Shown here: piece after piece, positions 34,869 through 44,441 of the stretch | Position numbering within the stretch: position 1 is the first letter of the stretch | Layout of the letters: each line of letters begins with the position of its first letter | Source: a virus | Taxonomy: Duplodnaviria; Caudoviricetes | Virus record (IMG/VR): IMGVR_UViG_3300027872_000008 | Location: 1 to 53,441 of that record | DNA: 53,441 bases | Strand: one strand, 5' to 3' | Position numbers and translations under genes: made by a program | The notes under the pieces: model-generated | The model's input: the letters and a program-made list of their open reading frames with translations, nothing else | Told to the model about the DNA's origin: nothing | Databases searched by the model: none

Positions 34869-35372
34869 TTAGGGTGCCTCCGCTACGAGCGATTCGCGCA
34901 CGATCTCAAATTGTAGTTCCACCTGCTCGAAAATCAAATCACCGGCCGCGAGCGGAGCCAGGGCTTCGGCCTGGAGCTGGAACCAAGCTCCTCGCAGCGC
35001 GTTCCTGAATCGGGCTGGGCCGGTCAGCGGGAACGGCTTGGACAGGCCCATCTCGAACCGCTCCGTGAGCCGCGCCCCCAAAGCAGGTAGGCTGAAGACC
35101 AGCCGCTCATCGGGCTGGCCGCCCGTGCCGTCCAGTGGCACGAAGTCCACGATGGGGGTGAGCCTGATGTCCACCTCCATGCTGTGCGTGATGCTGACGT
35201 AGACGTTCCTGAACTCACACTCTCCGCTGGCTCCGGCGGGGGCGACTGCGTTCGACACGGCCAGCGGGATGTAGTCCGCACCGTTGTCCTGGAAGCCGAC
35301 GTTCGCTTCGATGACGCTGGCCTCGGTGTCGCGGCCACCGAAGAAGAGGGTCGGGATCGGGGTGCCAGTCAT
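34869..35372 (-). CDS. Tail-associated protein
   Basis: TAATG coupling; RGAWFQLQ beta motif typical of nozzle C-terminal regions. Confidence 0.55.
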   Translation of the reverse strand: MTGTPIPTLFFGGRDTEASVIEANVGFQDNGADYIPLAVSNAVAPAGASGECEFRNVYVSITHSMEVDIRLTPIVDFVPLDGTGGQPDERLVFSLPALGARLTERFEMGLSKPFPLTGPARFRNALRGAWFQLQAEALAPLAAGDLIFEQVELQFEIVRESLVAEAP

Positions 35373-38107
35373 TACGTAGCCACAGTTGAACGCCAACGAA
35401 CCGAGCCAGCGTTGAGCGCCCACTCGCTGTCGTAGCGGTTCGAGAAAGGAATAAACGTCCCGAAGCAACGGACCCGGTGCCTGATCGCGACCCGAACTAC
35501 GTCGTTGTTAGCGATGACGATGTTTTCGATGAGGCGAGAGCTGACGCTCGTCACGTTGGGTAATGCACTGAACTCGAAGGTCCAGGGACCACCCTGGGTG
35601 ACGTTCCTCAAGTAGCAGGTGGTGCTGTGGCCCCCTGGGGGAAGGCCCGCAGCGGTGGGCCTTGGGCAGGTTCGGAGGCCACCACTCGCAAGGGTGCCGT
35701 CCGGTGTGTCCGTATTCTGCCAGGTCAGGGTGAGGAAGTTGAAGAAGAGGGTTCTGTTGATGATGAACTGGCTGATGGCGTCCTGATTTTGCGCGTCAGG
35801 CCCAGCGTAGGCGGGTAGCAGGTTGCTGGCGGGGATCTGGACGTTCGCGCCCTTCCTGAACCGCATCTGGTAGGAGTTGAGCTTCTCATTCTGGGGCGCG
35901 GGCAGGGCCTCGCCGTCCTCGTAGTCGTCCTGGAACCGGAGCGGGTATCCTGGCGATAGAGAGTTGTAGATCCCACGGAGGAGCGGACCCTGAATGAGGT
36001 CACCCCTGAGAGGCGGCGTTGGATCCGACACGAGTGCGGCACCATCCGGGGACGTAGCAGGCCCTGCCTCCTGAGTCGTCAAGAAGACTTCGATGTCGAG
36101 CAGCTCGTGGCCGGGAGGTATCACTGTATCGACGTTGATCCGGGAGTCGTCGTCGTTGAGCTGCTCCCACAGCCCGTCATTGTCACCTACGCGGGTGCTG
36201 AGAACGATGGGGTCCGCGTCCGTGGTGGTGGAGCCTTGGCTGGCTGCGGGCCAGTCGTCTGGGTCAACGGACTCATAGCCAGGCGAGAACTGCCCGCCGA
36301 GGATGTAGCGCAGGCTGAACTTGTAGTCCGTGAGGGGTTGGATCGCCTTGCCCGAGGACTGGCTCTCTAGTTCGATCCTGAGTTTCTGTCGTTCGGGCGG
36401 GGCCAAGCCGTTGGCCGGGACGCGCCCGGTGAACGTGTAGTTCGCCCCACCGTCATCTGAGACGTGGACCTCAATCTGTTCAGCGCCGATCTGATCGACG
36501 TTGAAGATGAACATTTCTACGAAGGTGGCTGTCTGGCCGATCCCGTCAATCGAAAGGGGCACGTTCCAGGAGGCGTTGGCCATCGTCTCCTGGAGCGGCT
36601 TGCCATTCCCGGCGAACCCTTCACCGAGCCTGCCGGAAGCCTCCACGGTCAGCAGCGGACTGTCCGGTGGGATGCCGGGCCCCGCCGTCATGTCAGAGTT
36701 GATCGTCATAGCTGCCGCGTAGTCCACCCCAGGTGTGCCCGTGAGGGTGATGGCAGCGATCAGATTGTCAGCCGAATCCTGTGCCGTCGCTCCGATCTGC
36801 ACGTTCCCATCCACGTTCGTCAACACGTTCTGCCAGGTGTACGTCTTGTTGTTGACCAGGACTGTCTCGCCCTGGTTCGCCTGGCCGGTGAACGTGAGGA
36901 GTCCACGGGTCTCCTGATCGAACACCAGGGTCTCGGGGGCTCCCACGGGTGGCCCGCCGCCGCCTGCCTGGGACTGGGTGGAGAAGAAGAGGCCAGAGCA
37001 CTGCGCCCTCTCGCCCAGCTCGTAGTAGCTCCACCTGGGCTGGCTGGGGTCTCGGATGGAGAGAGCGTACACCCGCTGCCCCCACACAAACTGGACGACT
37101 CGGGTCCGTGGGTCATACGCTGCGAACGCATCCTGGGGGTCAGACTCAGCGACCAGCGTGGCCGGGTCAGGGCCGTCGAGGTCGAGCGGGACCGCGATGT
37201 CGTTCGACGGCCCGCCGGTCGTGACCCTGGGGCCCTGTGTGGACCAGAAGAACACGTTGCCCGCGATGCTCACTGCCAGCCTGCTGCCGACACAACCGAA
37301 GAGTGAGTCGGCCAGGCGCACCCCGAACGTGTCGGGAGAGTAGCCGAAGATCTCGTAGGTCTCCGTCTCCTTGAACACCATCAGGCTGGGGCCCGCGCTC
37401 CGGCACACCATCACCGTCTCGCCTTGCTGGCCGACCTCGAAGAAAGCGAAGTCCTCGAAGACCCTGCTGTCGCCGGAGTTGCTGACCCTGACCACGTCTC
37501 CACGCACCGGGTCGATGAAGCTGCCGTAGCCCCAGCCGAAGATGTACGACAGGTGGCGCACGACGCCCCTGAAGAAGATGTCCTGCTGGCCGCTCACCCC
37601 GTCCAGGTTGCCCTGGAGGTTCGTGAGCTGCGGGAAGTCCTCCGGGTCGTAGACCTGGGTGACGAGCCGCGAGGTCGGGTTCGGCTCATCGTGGGCGATG
37701 AAGAACTTCTTGTCCGAGTCAGCGCCGATGATGATCGGCGGCTCGAACGTGACGCCGGAGTCGAGCGTCCCGAGGAGACCAATCGCCTCCGGGTTGGTCC
37801 CGTCGATCAGCAGCCGGTTGAGCCACACCTCTCGGTTGTTGCCGCCCGTCGTGTTGTAGCCCACACCTATGGAGGCACTCAAGGAGCGGAGCGGTTCGAG
37901 CATCACGGTCACGTCCAGATCGACGGGCTGGTCATCGTGGAGAACGCTTCGCGTCAGCAACCCATCACGGACCTGGGCCTTGCCCTCGAACAGGAACATA
38001 TTCCTGATGTCATCGAAGCTCGTCGCCCTGACGACCATCACCCCCGTAGATCTGTCCAGGCCCTCCCCGTAGGGCAGCGTGATGATCCTGCGGTTCTTGT
38101 CAGCCAT
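35372..38107 (-). CDS. Tail nozzle/DNA-stabilization (P22 gp10-like) protein with accessory domains
   Basis: Beta-propeller-like LMVFKETETYEI...GCVG...VFFWSTQG; TGATG coupling. Confidence 0.65.
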   Translation of the reverse strand: MADKNRRIITLPYGEGLDRSTGVMVVRATSFDDIRNMFLFEGKAQVRDGLLTRSVLHDDQPVDLDVTVMLEPLRSLSASIGVGYNTTGGNNREVWLNRLLIDGTNPEAIGLLGTLDSGVTFEPPIIIGADSDKKFFIAHDEPNPTSRLVTQVYDPEDFPQLTNLQGNLDGVSGQQDIFFRGVVRHLSYIFGWGYGSFIDPVRGDVVRVSNSGDSRVFEDFAFFEVGQQGETVMVCRSAGPSLMVFKETETYEIFGYSPDTFGVRLADSLFGCVGSRLAVSIAGNVFFWSTQGPRVTTGGPSNDIAVPLDLDGPDPATLVAESDPQDAFAAYDPRTRVVQFVWGQRVYALSIRDPSQPRWSYYELGERAQCSGLFFSTQSQAGGGGPPVGAPETLVFDQETRGLLTFTGQANQGETVLVNNKTYTWQNVLTNVDGNVQIGATAQDSADNLIAAITLTGTPGVDYAAAMTINSDMTAGPGIPPDSPLLTVEASGRLGEGFAGNGKPLQETMANASWNVPLSIDGIGQTATFVEMFIFNVDQIGAEQIEVHVSDDGGANYTFTGRVPANGLAPPERQKLRIELESQSSGKAIQPLTDYKFSLRYILGGQFSPGYESVDPDDWPAASQGSTTTDADPIVLSTRVGDNDGLWEQLNDDDSRINVDTVIPPGHELLDIEVFLTTQEAGPATSPDGAALVSDPTPPLRGDLIQGPLLRGIYNSLSPGYPLRFQDDYEDGEALPAPQNEKLNSYQMRFRKGANVQIPASNLLPAYAGPDAQNQDAISQFIINRTLFFNFLTLTWQNTDTPDGTLASGGLRTCPRPTAAGLPPGGHSTTCYLRNVTQGGPWTFEFSALPNVTSVSSRLIENIVIANNDVVRVAIRHRVRCFGTFIPFSNRYDSEWALNAGSVRWRSTVAT

Positions 38108-39861
38108 CAGCCCTGCACCCACTGGGTTGCGAAGTTGAACTGGAACGCCCCTGCCAGGAAGCTCTCGTATGCCGTGATCTCTTCCGGGGTCATCAGCGTC
38201 CCAAAGGCAGCGAAGTACACGATCAGCCTGTCCAGGCCTCCGACCACACCGGGGTCGCCCTCAGACGCCTCTTGCTGCGGGAAGGCTTGACCAAGTGTAG
38301 GTGCGCTCATCTCCGTGAATAAGCCCGTGAAAGCAGCTTCATTTCTGGCGACCTCTACGCCGTTGATACGGATGGTTTTCCCCGTCTGCGGCCCCGCGAG
38401 CGAGGAGTGCGTACAGGTGACGATGATGTCGTCTCCTGCCTTCACTACGCCAGGGGCAGACTGTACGGAGAAGATACTTCCAGGCTGTATAGCACCAGAG
38501 GTTTCCTCGTCCGTTTGGTGCATCACGACCGAGCCGTCTGGCTCGACCCAGAAGGCAGTCTTCTTTGGGTTGCCCGATACCGGGATAATGCCCGAGTTGC
38601 CACCGAAGAGGGTGGCCCTCACCGAGATGTCCGTACAGCGCATGACGCCGATGTAGCTGTACTCGTTCCCACTCCAGTTTTGAGGGAGAGGAAAGGCTCC
38701 ACCACCAGCCCAGCCGAGATAGTTTCCTTGACCATTCCCCGCCGGAGCACCGATTGGGGACGCTACAAACCTCACGGCGTCGATACCAGGAGTCCAACCA
38801 TCCTCCACGAACAGGACGTTCCCATCGTTGCCGACGCTCCCCGCGTCTGTACGACCTTGTGGATCTGTGATCTCCAGGTCTTTCCAGCCCACGCCTCCCT
38901 GGGAGATACGGAGGTTGTCTCCATCGCTGTACGGTGGAGGATCACGAAGATCCCTCACGTCGTACTCCACGATGGGACGACCGATAGTGAGGGGCTTCGG
39001 CCCGCCCGGTATGATCTGCTGCTCCGTGGGCTCCCAGCCGGTGGCTATCGCGAGTGCGTTCCCGGAAGGAAACCACGTCGAGAGGAAGTTGAACCCCCAG
39101 ACCTCGGATAGAAACGCCTCCATCTGGAGGATCTCTTCGTCGGACGCGGACGACCCAAATTGGAGCAGGTGAGCATACAGGCCATCGTGCCCGTCAATCG
39201 GACCAGGAAAGCCGCCCGTAGACGGCAGGTTGGCGCGGTGCATCCGTTCACTGAACCAGAAGTCCACCCACCCAGAGGACAGGGAGGTGGCCACCTCCTC
39301 GCCATTCACCCGGAGGATCGTCGGCCCGGCGCTCACCCCTGCGCTCTGCGGGAACTCCTCCCTCCGGGCCGAGATGATGACCCGGTCCCCTTCGCTCACC
39401 ACGCCCGGCGCTGATCTCGTGTAAGACCCGGTCGTGGCACCGTTGCGTCCGAGGATGAGCCCAACATGGCCATCTTGAGCGATGAACAGATAGATGCCGA
39501 CCGGGGGATTGATCCCGTCCGTGGAGCCCCAGAAGGCCATACCCGACTGAAGTAGGTCGGTCGCCTCGGCCACAGCGAACAGCGTGAAGGGGCTGCCCGA
39601 GCCACCGAAGTTCGGGCCGGGGAGTGTGAACGAGTCGATGGGGCCGGGGACGGCATCCATCCTGACCGCTGGGAGGGTGTCGCTCCAGGGAGTCCCAACG
39701 CCGCCCGCCGCCTGGTAGGCCGCGAAGCCACTACCAACGCCCAGGTCGTTTGCCGCCGGGGATACGTCGGGCCAGGGGTTGACCTGCGCCTGGTCCGCTA
39801 GAGCGAGACTCCTGGCGTCCCACTCACCGCGAGGGGTGGCGATGATCGGCTTCGTCGCCAT
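38107..39861 (-). CDS. Virion protein with two LamG/ConA-like domains
   Basis: Internal duplication: WDARSL/YDVRDL, SAPGVV, RVNGEEVA/RINGVEVA, EEI...E.FL...FNF. Confidence 0.65.
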   Translation of the reverse strand: MATKPIIATPRGEWDARSLALADQAQVNPWPDVSPAANDLGVGSGFAAYQAAGGVGTPWSDTLPAVRMDAVPGPIDSFTLPGPNFGGSGSPFTLFAVAEATDLLQSGMAFWGSTDGINPPVGIYLFIAQDGHVGLILGRNGATTGSYTRSAPGVVSEGDRVIISARREEFPQSAGVSAGPTILRVNGEEVATSLSSGWVDFWFSERMHRANLPSTGGFPGPIDGHDGLYAHLLQFGSSASDEEILQMEAFLSEVWGFNFLSTWFPSGNALAIATGWEPTEQQIIPGGPKPLTIGRPIVEYDVRDLRDPPPYSDGDNLRISQGGVGWKDLEITDPQGRTDAGSVGNDGNVLFVEDGWTPGIDAVRFVASPIGAPAGNGQGNYLGWAGGGAFPLPQNWSGNEYSYIGVMRCTDISVRATLFGGNSGIIPVSGNPKKTAFWVEPDGSVVMHQTDEETSGAIQPGSIFSVQSAPGVVKAGDDIIVTCTHSSLAGPQTGKTIRINGVEVARNEAAFTGLFTEMSAPTLGQAFPQQEASEGDPGVVGGLDRLIVYFAAFGTLMTPEEITAYESFLAGAFQFNFATQWVQG

Positions 39862-39864
39862 GTC

Positions 39865-40560
39865 CTACAGCCTCTGAGCGCCCTTGACGTCTCCGAATCG
39901 GGACACCTGGGCACCAGCGAAGTCGGCTACCTCTTGGAGGAAGGCGTCCAGCATCTGCCCCTCATCCACGCCCAGGGCCTCCAGCGCGGCCACCTTCTTG
40001 GCTGCGTCCATCTCCAGGGTCTGCTGGACCAGCCACTGGGTCAGGTCCATCACCAGCAGCTCCTGGTAGACCGCAGGTAGTTCGGCCGTCTCGGTGCCGT
40101 CCAGGGGGGTCGTCTTGTTCTCCGGCCTGTAGCCGTAGAAGGCGCAGATTGAGACCACACCCGCCAGGTCGGTTCCAACCTGCCGTAAGACGAAGTTCCT
40201 CAACGTCATACGTGGAGCCAGGTCGGCCTCGGTGTCGCTGATGGAGACGATGTTGATCTCGTCGCCAGTGACCAGCGTGGGGTGTGTCCCAGCGTCCTCA
40301 ACCTCCACCCTGGTGACGTTGGCAGCGGGGTCCACGTTCACCGACGCCTGCTGGTCCTTGATGTCTGCAGCCCCCTCCGCGTCGAGGGTTCCCGTCGCGG
40401 AGACCCCGAAGTAGTCGGGGTTCACCCGAGTCGCCGCGCTGAAGATCTCCTGCTGCCTGATCTCTATCCGCCGGTAGAGGACGCGCTCCGTCGTCGGGTA
40501 CGTGACGCTGAAGTCGAGGCCACGGGCCTTCGCGTTCTCCACGATCTCCTGGAACGTCAT
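39865..40560 (-). CDS. Head-tail adaptor-like protein
   Basis: MTFQEIVENAK...ELPAVYQELLV pattern. Confidence 0.6.
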   Translation of the reverse strand: MTFQEIVENAKARGLDFSVTYPTTERVLYRRIEIRQQEIFSAATRVNPDYFGVSATGTLDAEGAADIKDQQASVNVDPAANVTRVEVEDAGTHPTLVTGDEINIVSISDTEADLAPRMTLRNFVLRQVGTDLAGVVSICAFYGYRPENKTTPLDGTETAELPAVYQELLVMDLTQWLVQQTLEMDAAKKVAALEALGVDEGQMLDAFLQEVADFAGAQVSRFGDVKGAQRL

Positions 40561-41243
40561 CAGGCTCCCCCGGTGAGCAGCGGCAGGAGGGTCTCAACGT
40601 CCACGACCTTCTTGTGGCCGAAGCGCCTCTGCAGGTTGGCCGTCGAGTGCTCCAGGTAGCTCGCGAAGACCCTGGCCCACTGGTTCCGCTCTTCCTTGAA
40701 AGCGGCCATCTCTTCGACACGGCCGTCCTTCATGGACAGGTAGATCGCCAGCTCGAAGATCAGGAGGTCCGTGTAGGCGTCGTCCCAGTCGGGATCCAGG
40801 ACCCCGGTCAGGTCGTCGGGGTCGGGATCGTCGGGCCGCTTCGAGAACCAGAACGTCAGGTCGTCCGTGTCCCCCGGAGGGTTGCTCTGGGCGGGGTCGG
40901 CCGTGAAGAACCCACCGAACTCGTAGAGCGAGATCTTCGGCTCCGCAGCCAGGCGGTCATCGAAGGGCACCACGACCACCTCCACGAAGGCCGCGTCCTC
41001 AATCCTGAAGATCGCGTTGGCCGCCTCCGGCCGCTCCCACTGTCCCGCCACGCCGGTCACGTCCAGGCTCTGCGAGTAGTGGATCGGGTTGATCCTGGAC
41101 GCGAAGGCGTAGATCCCCGCGAGCTTGCGCTTCACGACCGCCAGAAGCTCGACCTCTTCGTTGGCGATGGTATCGGGCTGGTTCTTCGTGCTCGTGCCGT
41201 AGGCACCGTCTAGGACGTCCTGAACGGTCGTTGTGGCGGCCAT
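40560..41243 (-). CDS. Head-tail adaptor-like protein
   Basis: TVQDVLD...FSKRP...DDAYTDLLIFELA. Confidence 0.6.
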   Translation of the reverse strand: MAATTTVQDVLDGAYGTSTKNQPDTIANEEVELLAVVKRKLAGIYAFASRINPIHYSQSLDVTGVAGQWERPEAANAIFRIEDAAFVEVVVVPFDDRLAAEPKISLYEFGGFFTADPAQSNPPGDTDDLTFWFSKRPDDPDPDDLTGVLDPDWDDAYTDLLIFELAIYLSMKDGRVEEMAAFKEERNQWARVFASYLEHSTANLQRRFGHKKVVDVETLLPLLTGGA

Positions 41244-42442
41244 TAGAAGTGTCCCGGCCAGACGTCGAGCGTACCCGAGGCCTGGGCCGCCTTCTGCTGT
41301 GCGACAGTGGCCAGGAAGTCCCTCTGCATCTTGTCCGCGTCGAGCAGCACGTTGCCTCCGATCTCCTGACGGATCGCCATCTTGTTCACGAGGGCCCCGA
41401 TGTAGGTGTCCTCGCCCCAGTCAGGTAGGACGAGGGTGTCCGTCAGCCTCTCCAGGCGTCTCGGCACGAGCACCAGCTCCAGGATGAGCTGGTCGTAGTT
41501 GGTGTAGTTCGAGGCCCGCCTCCCCAGGAAGAGATTGTTGCCCTTCAGGTAGGCGAACTTGTGGGCCATGTCCAGCTCTGCCCGGAGCGTGGCGTCCACC
41601 AGGTCGATGGGCTCCTTCAGATCGACGTTCACGTTGTTCCGCAGCAGGACTCCTGGCAGGACGTAGGTGTTGGCCGGGAGCTTCACCCCGGCGTTGAAGT
41701 CGGCCAGCGGCAGAGCGATGATGATCTGCGAAGCGCAGAGGGGGGCGTTCACCCGTGCGATCTCCGAGGTGATCTTGCGCTGATAGCTCGACAGGAGCCG
41801 GAGCAGGACGCCGTTGGGGTGCTGCCTCTTGTTGAACGCGGGGTGGGCGTCCCGAGCCTCGTTGATCACAGCTCCTGCCGTGAGACCACCCAGGCTGCAG
41901 ACGTTCGTGATCACGGCCGGGACGCAGGAGAGGACTTCGATCCACGAGATCTCGGGGAAGATCGAATCCTGGCCGGTCAGGTCTGGCGTCATCTCAATGT
42001 AGATGCCGAAGGCGTCAGCGTCCCCACTGAAGTCGTCGTAGTCGAACACCACCTCGAACTGCTGGAACTCCTGCAGGGTGTCGGAGCCGAAGTCGAAGAT
42101 CTCAGTGCCTGACAGCGACCTCTCGAAGAGCAGTGGCGGGTTGTCGAGAGCTAGGTCGGCGGCGTTGCCCAGGCCGATACGAACCGTGACCGGAAGGTTG
42201 TCGAGGTCCTCTCCGGGGCTCCACCGCATCACCACCCGCACTTCGATCCGACCGGACGAGCCGTAGGGTATCTCCAGGTCGCCCAGGCCGAACGAGACCT
42301 GGGGGTCCTGGGCAGCAGGCTCCCGCCCGATGATGAACGTGGTGTCGTCGCGCTCCACCGAGTTCACCTGCTCGAACAGAGGCGCAGTCGTCCACGGGGT
42401 GGGGAAGCTGGCGATGTCCGATATGGGCCTGACGAACCCCAT
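41243..42442 (-). CDS. Adaptor-like protein with extra N-terminal beta domain
   Basis: C-terminal half TAGAVINEARD...VP..L...TDTLVLPDW. Confidence 0.55.
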   Translation of the reverse strand: MGFVRPISDIASFPTPWTTAPLFEQVNSVERDDTTFIIGREPAAQDPQVSFGLGDLEIPYGSSGRIEVRVVMRWSPGEDLDNLPVTVRIGLGNAADLALDNPPLLFERSLSGTEIFDFGSDTLQEFQQFEVVFDYDDFSGDADAFGIYIEMTPDLTGQDSIFPEISWIEVLSCVPAVITNVCSLGGLTAGAVINEARDAHPAFNKRQHPNGVLLRLLSSYQRKITSEIARVNAPLCASQIIIALPLADFNAGVKLPANTYVLPGVLLRNNVNVDLKEPIDLVDATLRAELDMAHKFAYLKGNNLFLGRRASNYTNYDQLILELVLVPRRLERLTDTLVLPDWGEDTYIGALVNKMAIRQEIGGNVLLDADKMQRDFLATVAQQKAAQASGTLDVWPGHF

Positions 42443-42456
42443 CGTCTACTCCCCGG

Positions 42457-42888
42457 TTACAGTGCGGCTTCGATCTCAGCCTTACGGTCGTCTCGGTCCT
42501 CGTGGTCCATCTCGAACTTCAGGAAGAGCCGGAGAGCACCCTTCCTCGGGCCTGACGGCCGCAGCAGCTCCTGGGTGTAGAGGCCTTCGTAGAACGCCGC
42601 GTTGCCCTCCAGCGCGGCCTCCAGCTCGTCCAGGCTCGCTGTCACGGGAGCCTCCACGAGTTCGGCCTTCTCGGCCTTCTCCTGGGACGCCGCCTTCTTC
42701 GCCTGCTTCACGGCCGGATCCGAGCGGCTGTCCTTCGCGCCGTCGTCCTTCCGCGCCTGCAGCCTGCGCTTGGCCAGCACGTCTCCGATCACGCGAGACC
42801 CGAAGTGGCTGGACCGCGTGGCGACCGCCTCGGCCTGTTCAGAGGCCTTCTTGTGGCCGATGACTCTTCTTCCGAAATGGTTCGTCAT
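42457..42888 (-). CDS. Hypothetical virion-region protein
   Basis: Repeated HFGxRVIG; E...GPRKG motif. Confidence 0.65.
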   Translation of the reverse strand: MTNHFGRRVIGHKKASEQAEAVATRSSHFGSRVIGDVLAKRRLQARKDDGAKDSRSDPAVKQAKKAASQEKAEKAELVEAPVTASLDELEAALEGNAAFYEGLYTQELLRPSGPRKGALRLFLKFEMDHEDRDDRKAEIEAAL

Positions 42889-43427
42889 GTCAGGCTTGCT
42901 CCCACTGTAACAGGTCGCGGATTCTGGCGGATCAGGCGCTGGAAGAGGTATCGCTCGTCAGCTCCGATCCGCTGAACAGTAGCTGCCCGAGCCCGGAGGC
43001 GCACATCGTCATCCACCACGCCCGACTCAGCGATCTGCATCCTGATCTTCTCGTTCTCCGCTCCCCAGTTACGGTAGACCCAGTCAGCGAAGGTGAAGTC
43101 CTTCAGGATGGCGTCGAAGTCCGCGCCCTCGTCTCCGAAGCGGTACTTGCCGCAGAGAGCGAACCCCTGCTCCTGGAGACGCCAGCGACGGACGATGCTC
43201 TTGGCGTACTTCCGCTCTTCGATCACGCCCGTCTTCGAGTCCCTCATCCTCTCCAGGGTGTCCCTGGCGATGTCTCGGGCCGGAGCTTCTGGCTTGACGA
43301 TGCCCACCCACCACCAGCCGTGATCCACGTACAGGAGTTCGGCCATGGGGTGGACCTCCCGGAGGAGAAGGAGCACCTCGTCTGGTGTCTCCTTCTCCAC
43401 CGGGATGTCGATGAAGCGTTCAATCAT
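42885..43427 (-). CDS. Hypothetical protein
   Basis: Tight operon packing. Confidence 0.65.
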   Translation of the reverse strand: MIERFIDIPVEKETPDEVLLLLREVHPMAELLYVDHGWWWVGIVKPEAPARDIARDTLERMRDSKTGVIEERKYAKSIVRRWRLQEQGFALCGKYRFGDEGADFDAILKDFTFADWVYRNWGAENEKIRMQIAESGVVDDDVRLRARAATVQRIGADERYLFQRLIRQNPRPVTVGASLT

Positions 43428-43428
43428 T

Positions 43429-44364
43429 CTACGGCACGAACGATGGCCGGTTCTGGCTCACCGAGGTGTCACCCAGGCCCTCACCGCCTGCAGGCCACGG
43501 ACGGTACTCCACTTCCGCAACGACTCCCGTGAGGACCGGGGCACCAGCAGCCCGAATGGTCACGACCAGCCCAGCCTCGCTGAAGTCGGAGAATACCGAC
43601 TGAGTGCTCTGTCCGTTGTTCCCCCCGCCCTGCAAAATGTTGGACCCCGAAGCATCCTTGAGCGCCTGGCCGCGAACGGCGTTGAGGTAATTTGGGCTGC
43701 TGCTGTTTGCCAGCGAGACGACGTGCCCGTCTTGAGGAGCCGTGTTGAACGCTGCCACGAGGGCCGCGTCCGTGTTCGTGGTGCCTGCGATGAAGTCTCC
43801 TCCGACCGCGTTGATCGTCAGGATCGCCAGCCGTCCGATCTGGTCGAACGAGCCTGAACCCGAGAACTCCCTCGGCTTCGGACAATTCGCCAGCGCGATG
43901 GCCTCGGTGTCGAAGGCCATGATCGGGGCCTGCCGAAGCACTCCGATGTTGTTGGAGTCGTCTATGACCAGGAGCCACACACCCCAGAATCCATCCAGTA
44001 CCGTGGCTATGCCATCGGTGCCGAACGGCTCTGCCGCTTGAGCGGCGATGTTGAGGAGACCGGGGCTGTTGTCCTGTCCCCTGCGCCAGAACTCTTCGAT
44101 TGCGAAGGTCACCGCCGCCGCCGGGGCAAGCTGTGGGCTCCCGGCCACCGCCGACCGCTCAACCGCTTGAGCCTTCACGATTATCGGCCCTCCACTGAGG
44201 GCCTGGGCGAAGACACTCAGATCACTCAGCCGCCAGCCGTAGCGGGGGTAACTGACGTACTGGGGCTCGTCCTGATCCGCGCCGAAAGCGGGTGTGATGA
44301 GCGGGATGCTGATGATCTTGCGAAGAGCCTGGGCATCGCGATGGATGTTGCGATCCTGAAGCAT
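43429..44364 (-). CDS. Putative capsid decoration/minor head protein
   Basis: GGAGG RBS; directly downstream of the capsid gene. Confidence 0.55.
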   Translation of the reverse strand: MLQDRNIHRDAQALRKIISIPLITPAFGADQDEPQYVSYPRYGWRLSDLSVFAQALSGGPIIVKAQAVERSAVAGSPQLAPAAAVTFAIEEFWRRGQDNSPGLLNIAAQAAEPFGTDGIATVLDGFWGVWLLVIDDSNNIGVLRQAPIMAFDTEAIALANCPKPREFSGSGSFDQIGRLAILTINAVGGDFIAGTTNTDAALVAAFNTAPQDGHVVSLANSSSPNYLNAVRGQALKDASGSNILQGGGNNGQSTQSVFSDFSEAGLVVTIRAAGAPVLTGVVAEVEYRPWPAGGEGLGDTSVSQNRPSFVP

Positions 44365-44399
44365 GATGATCCTCCGTCTTTTCAATGACAATGATGCGG

Positions 44400-44425
44400 C
44401 ACTGGGGGGCCGAAGCCCCCCAGTG
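44400..44425 (-). terminator. Perfect 11-bp hairpin with cUUCGg loop after the capsid gene
   Basis: CACTGGGGGGC TTCG GCCCCCCAGTG. No U tract, so possibly an mRNA stabiliser. Confidence 0.6.
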
Positions 44426-44441
44426 TTACCCGCCTGCTGTC

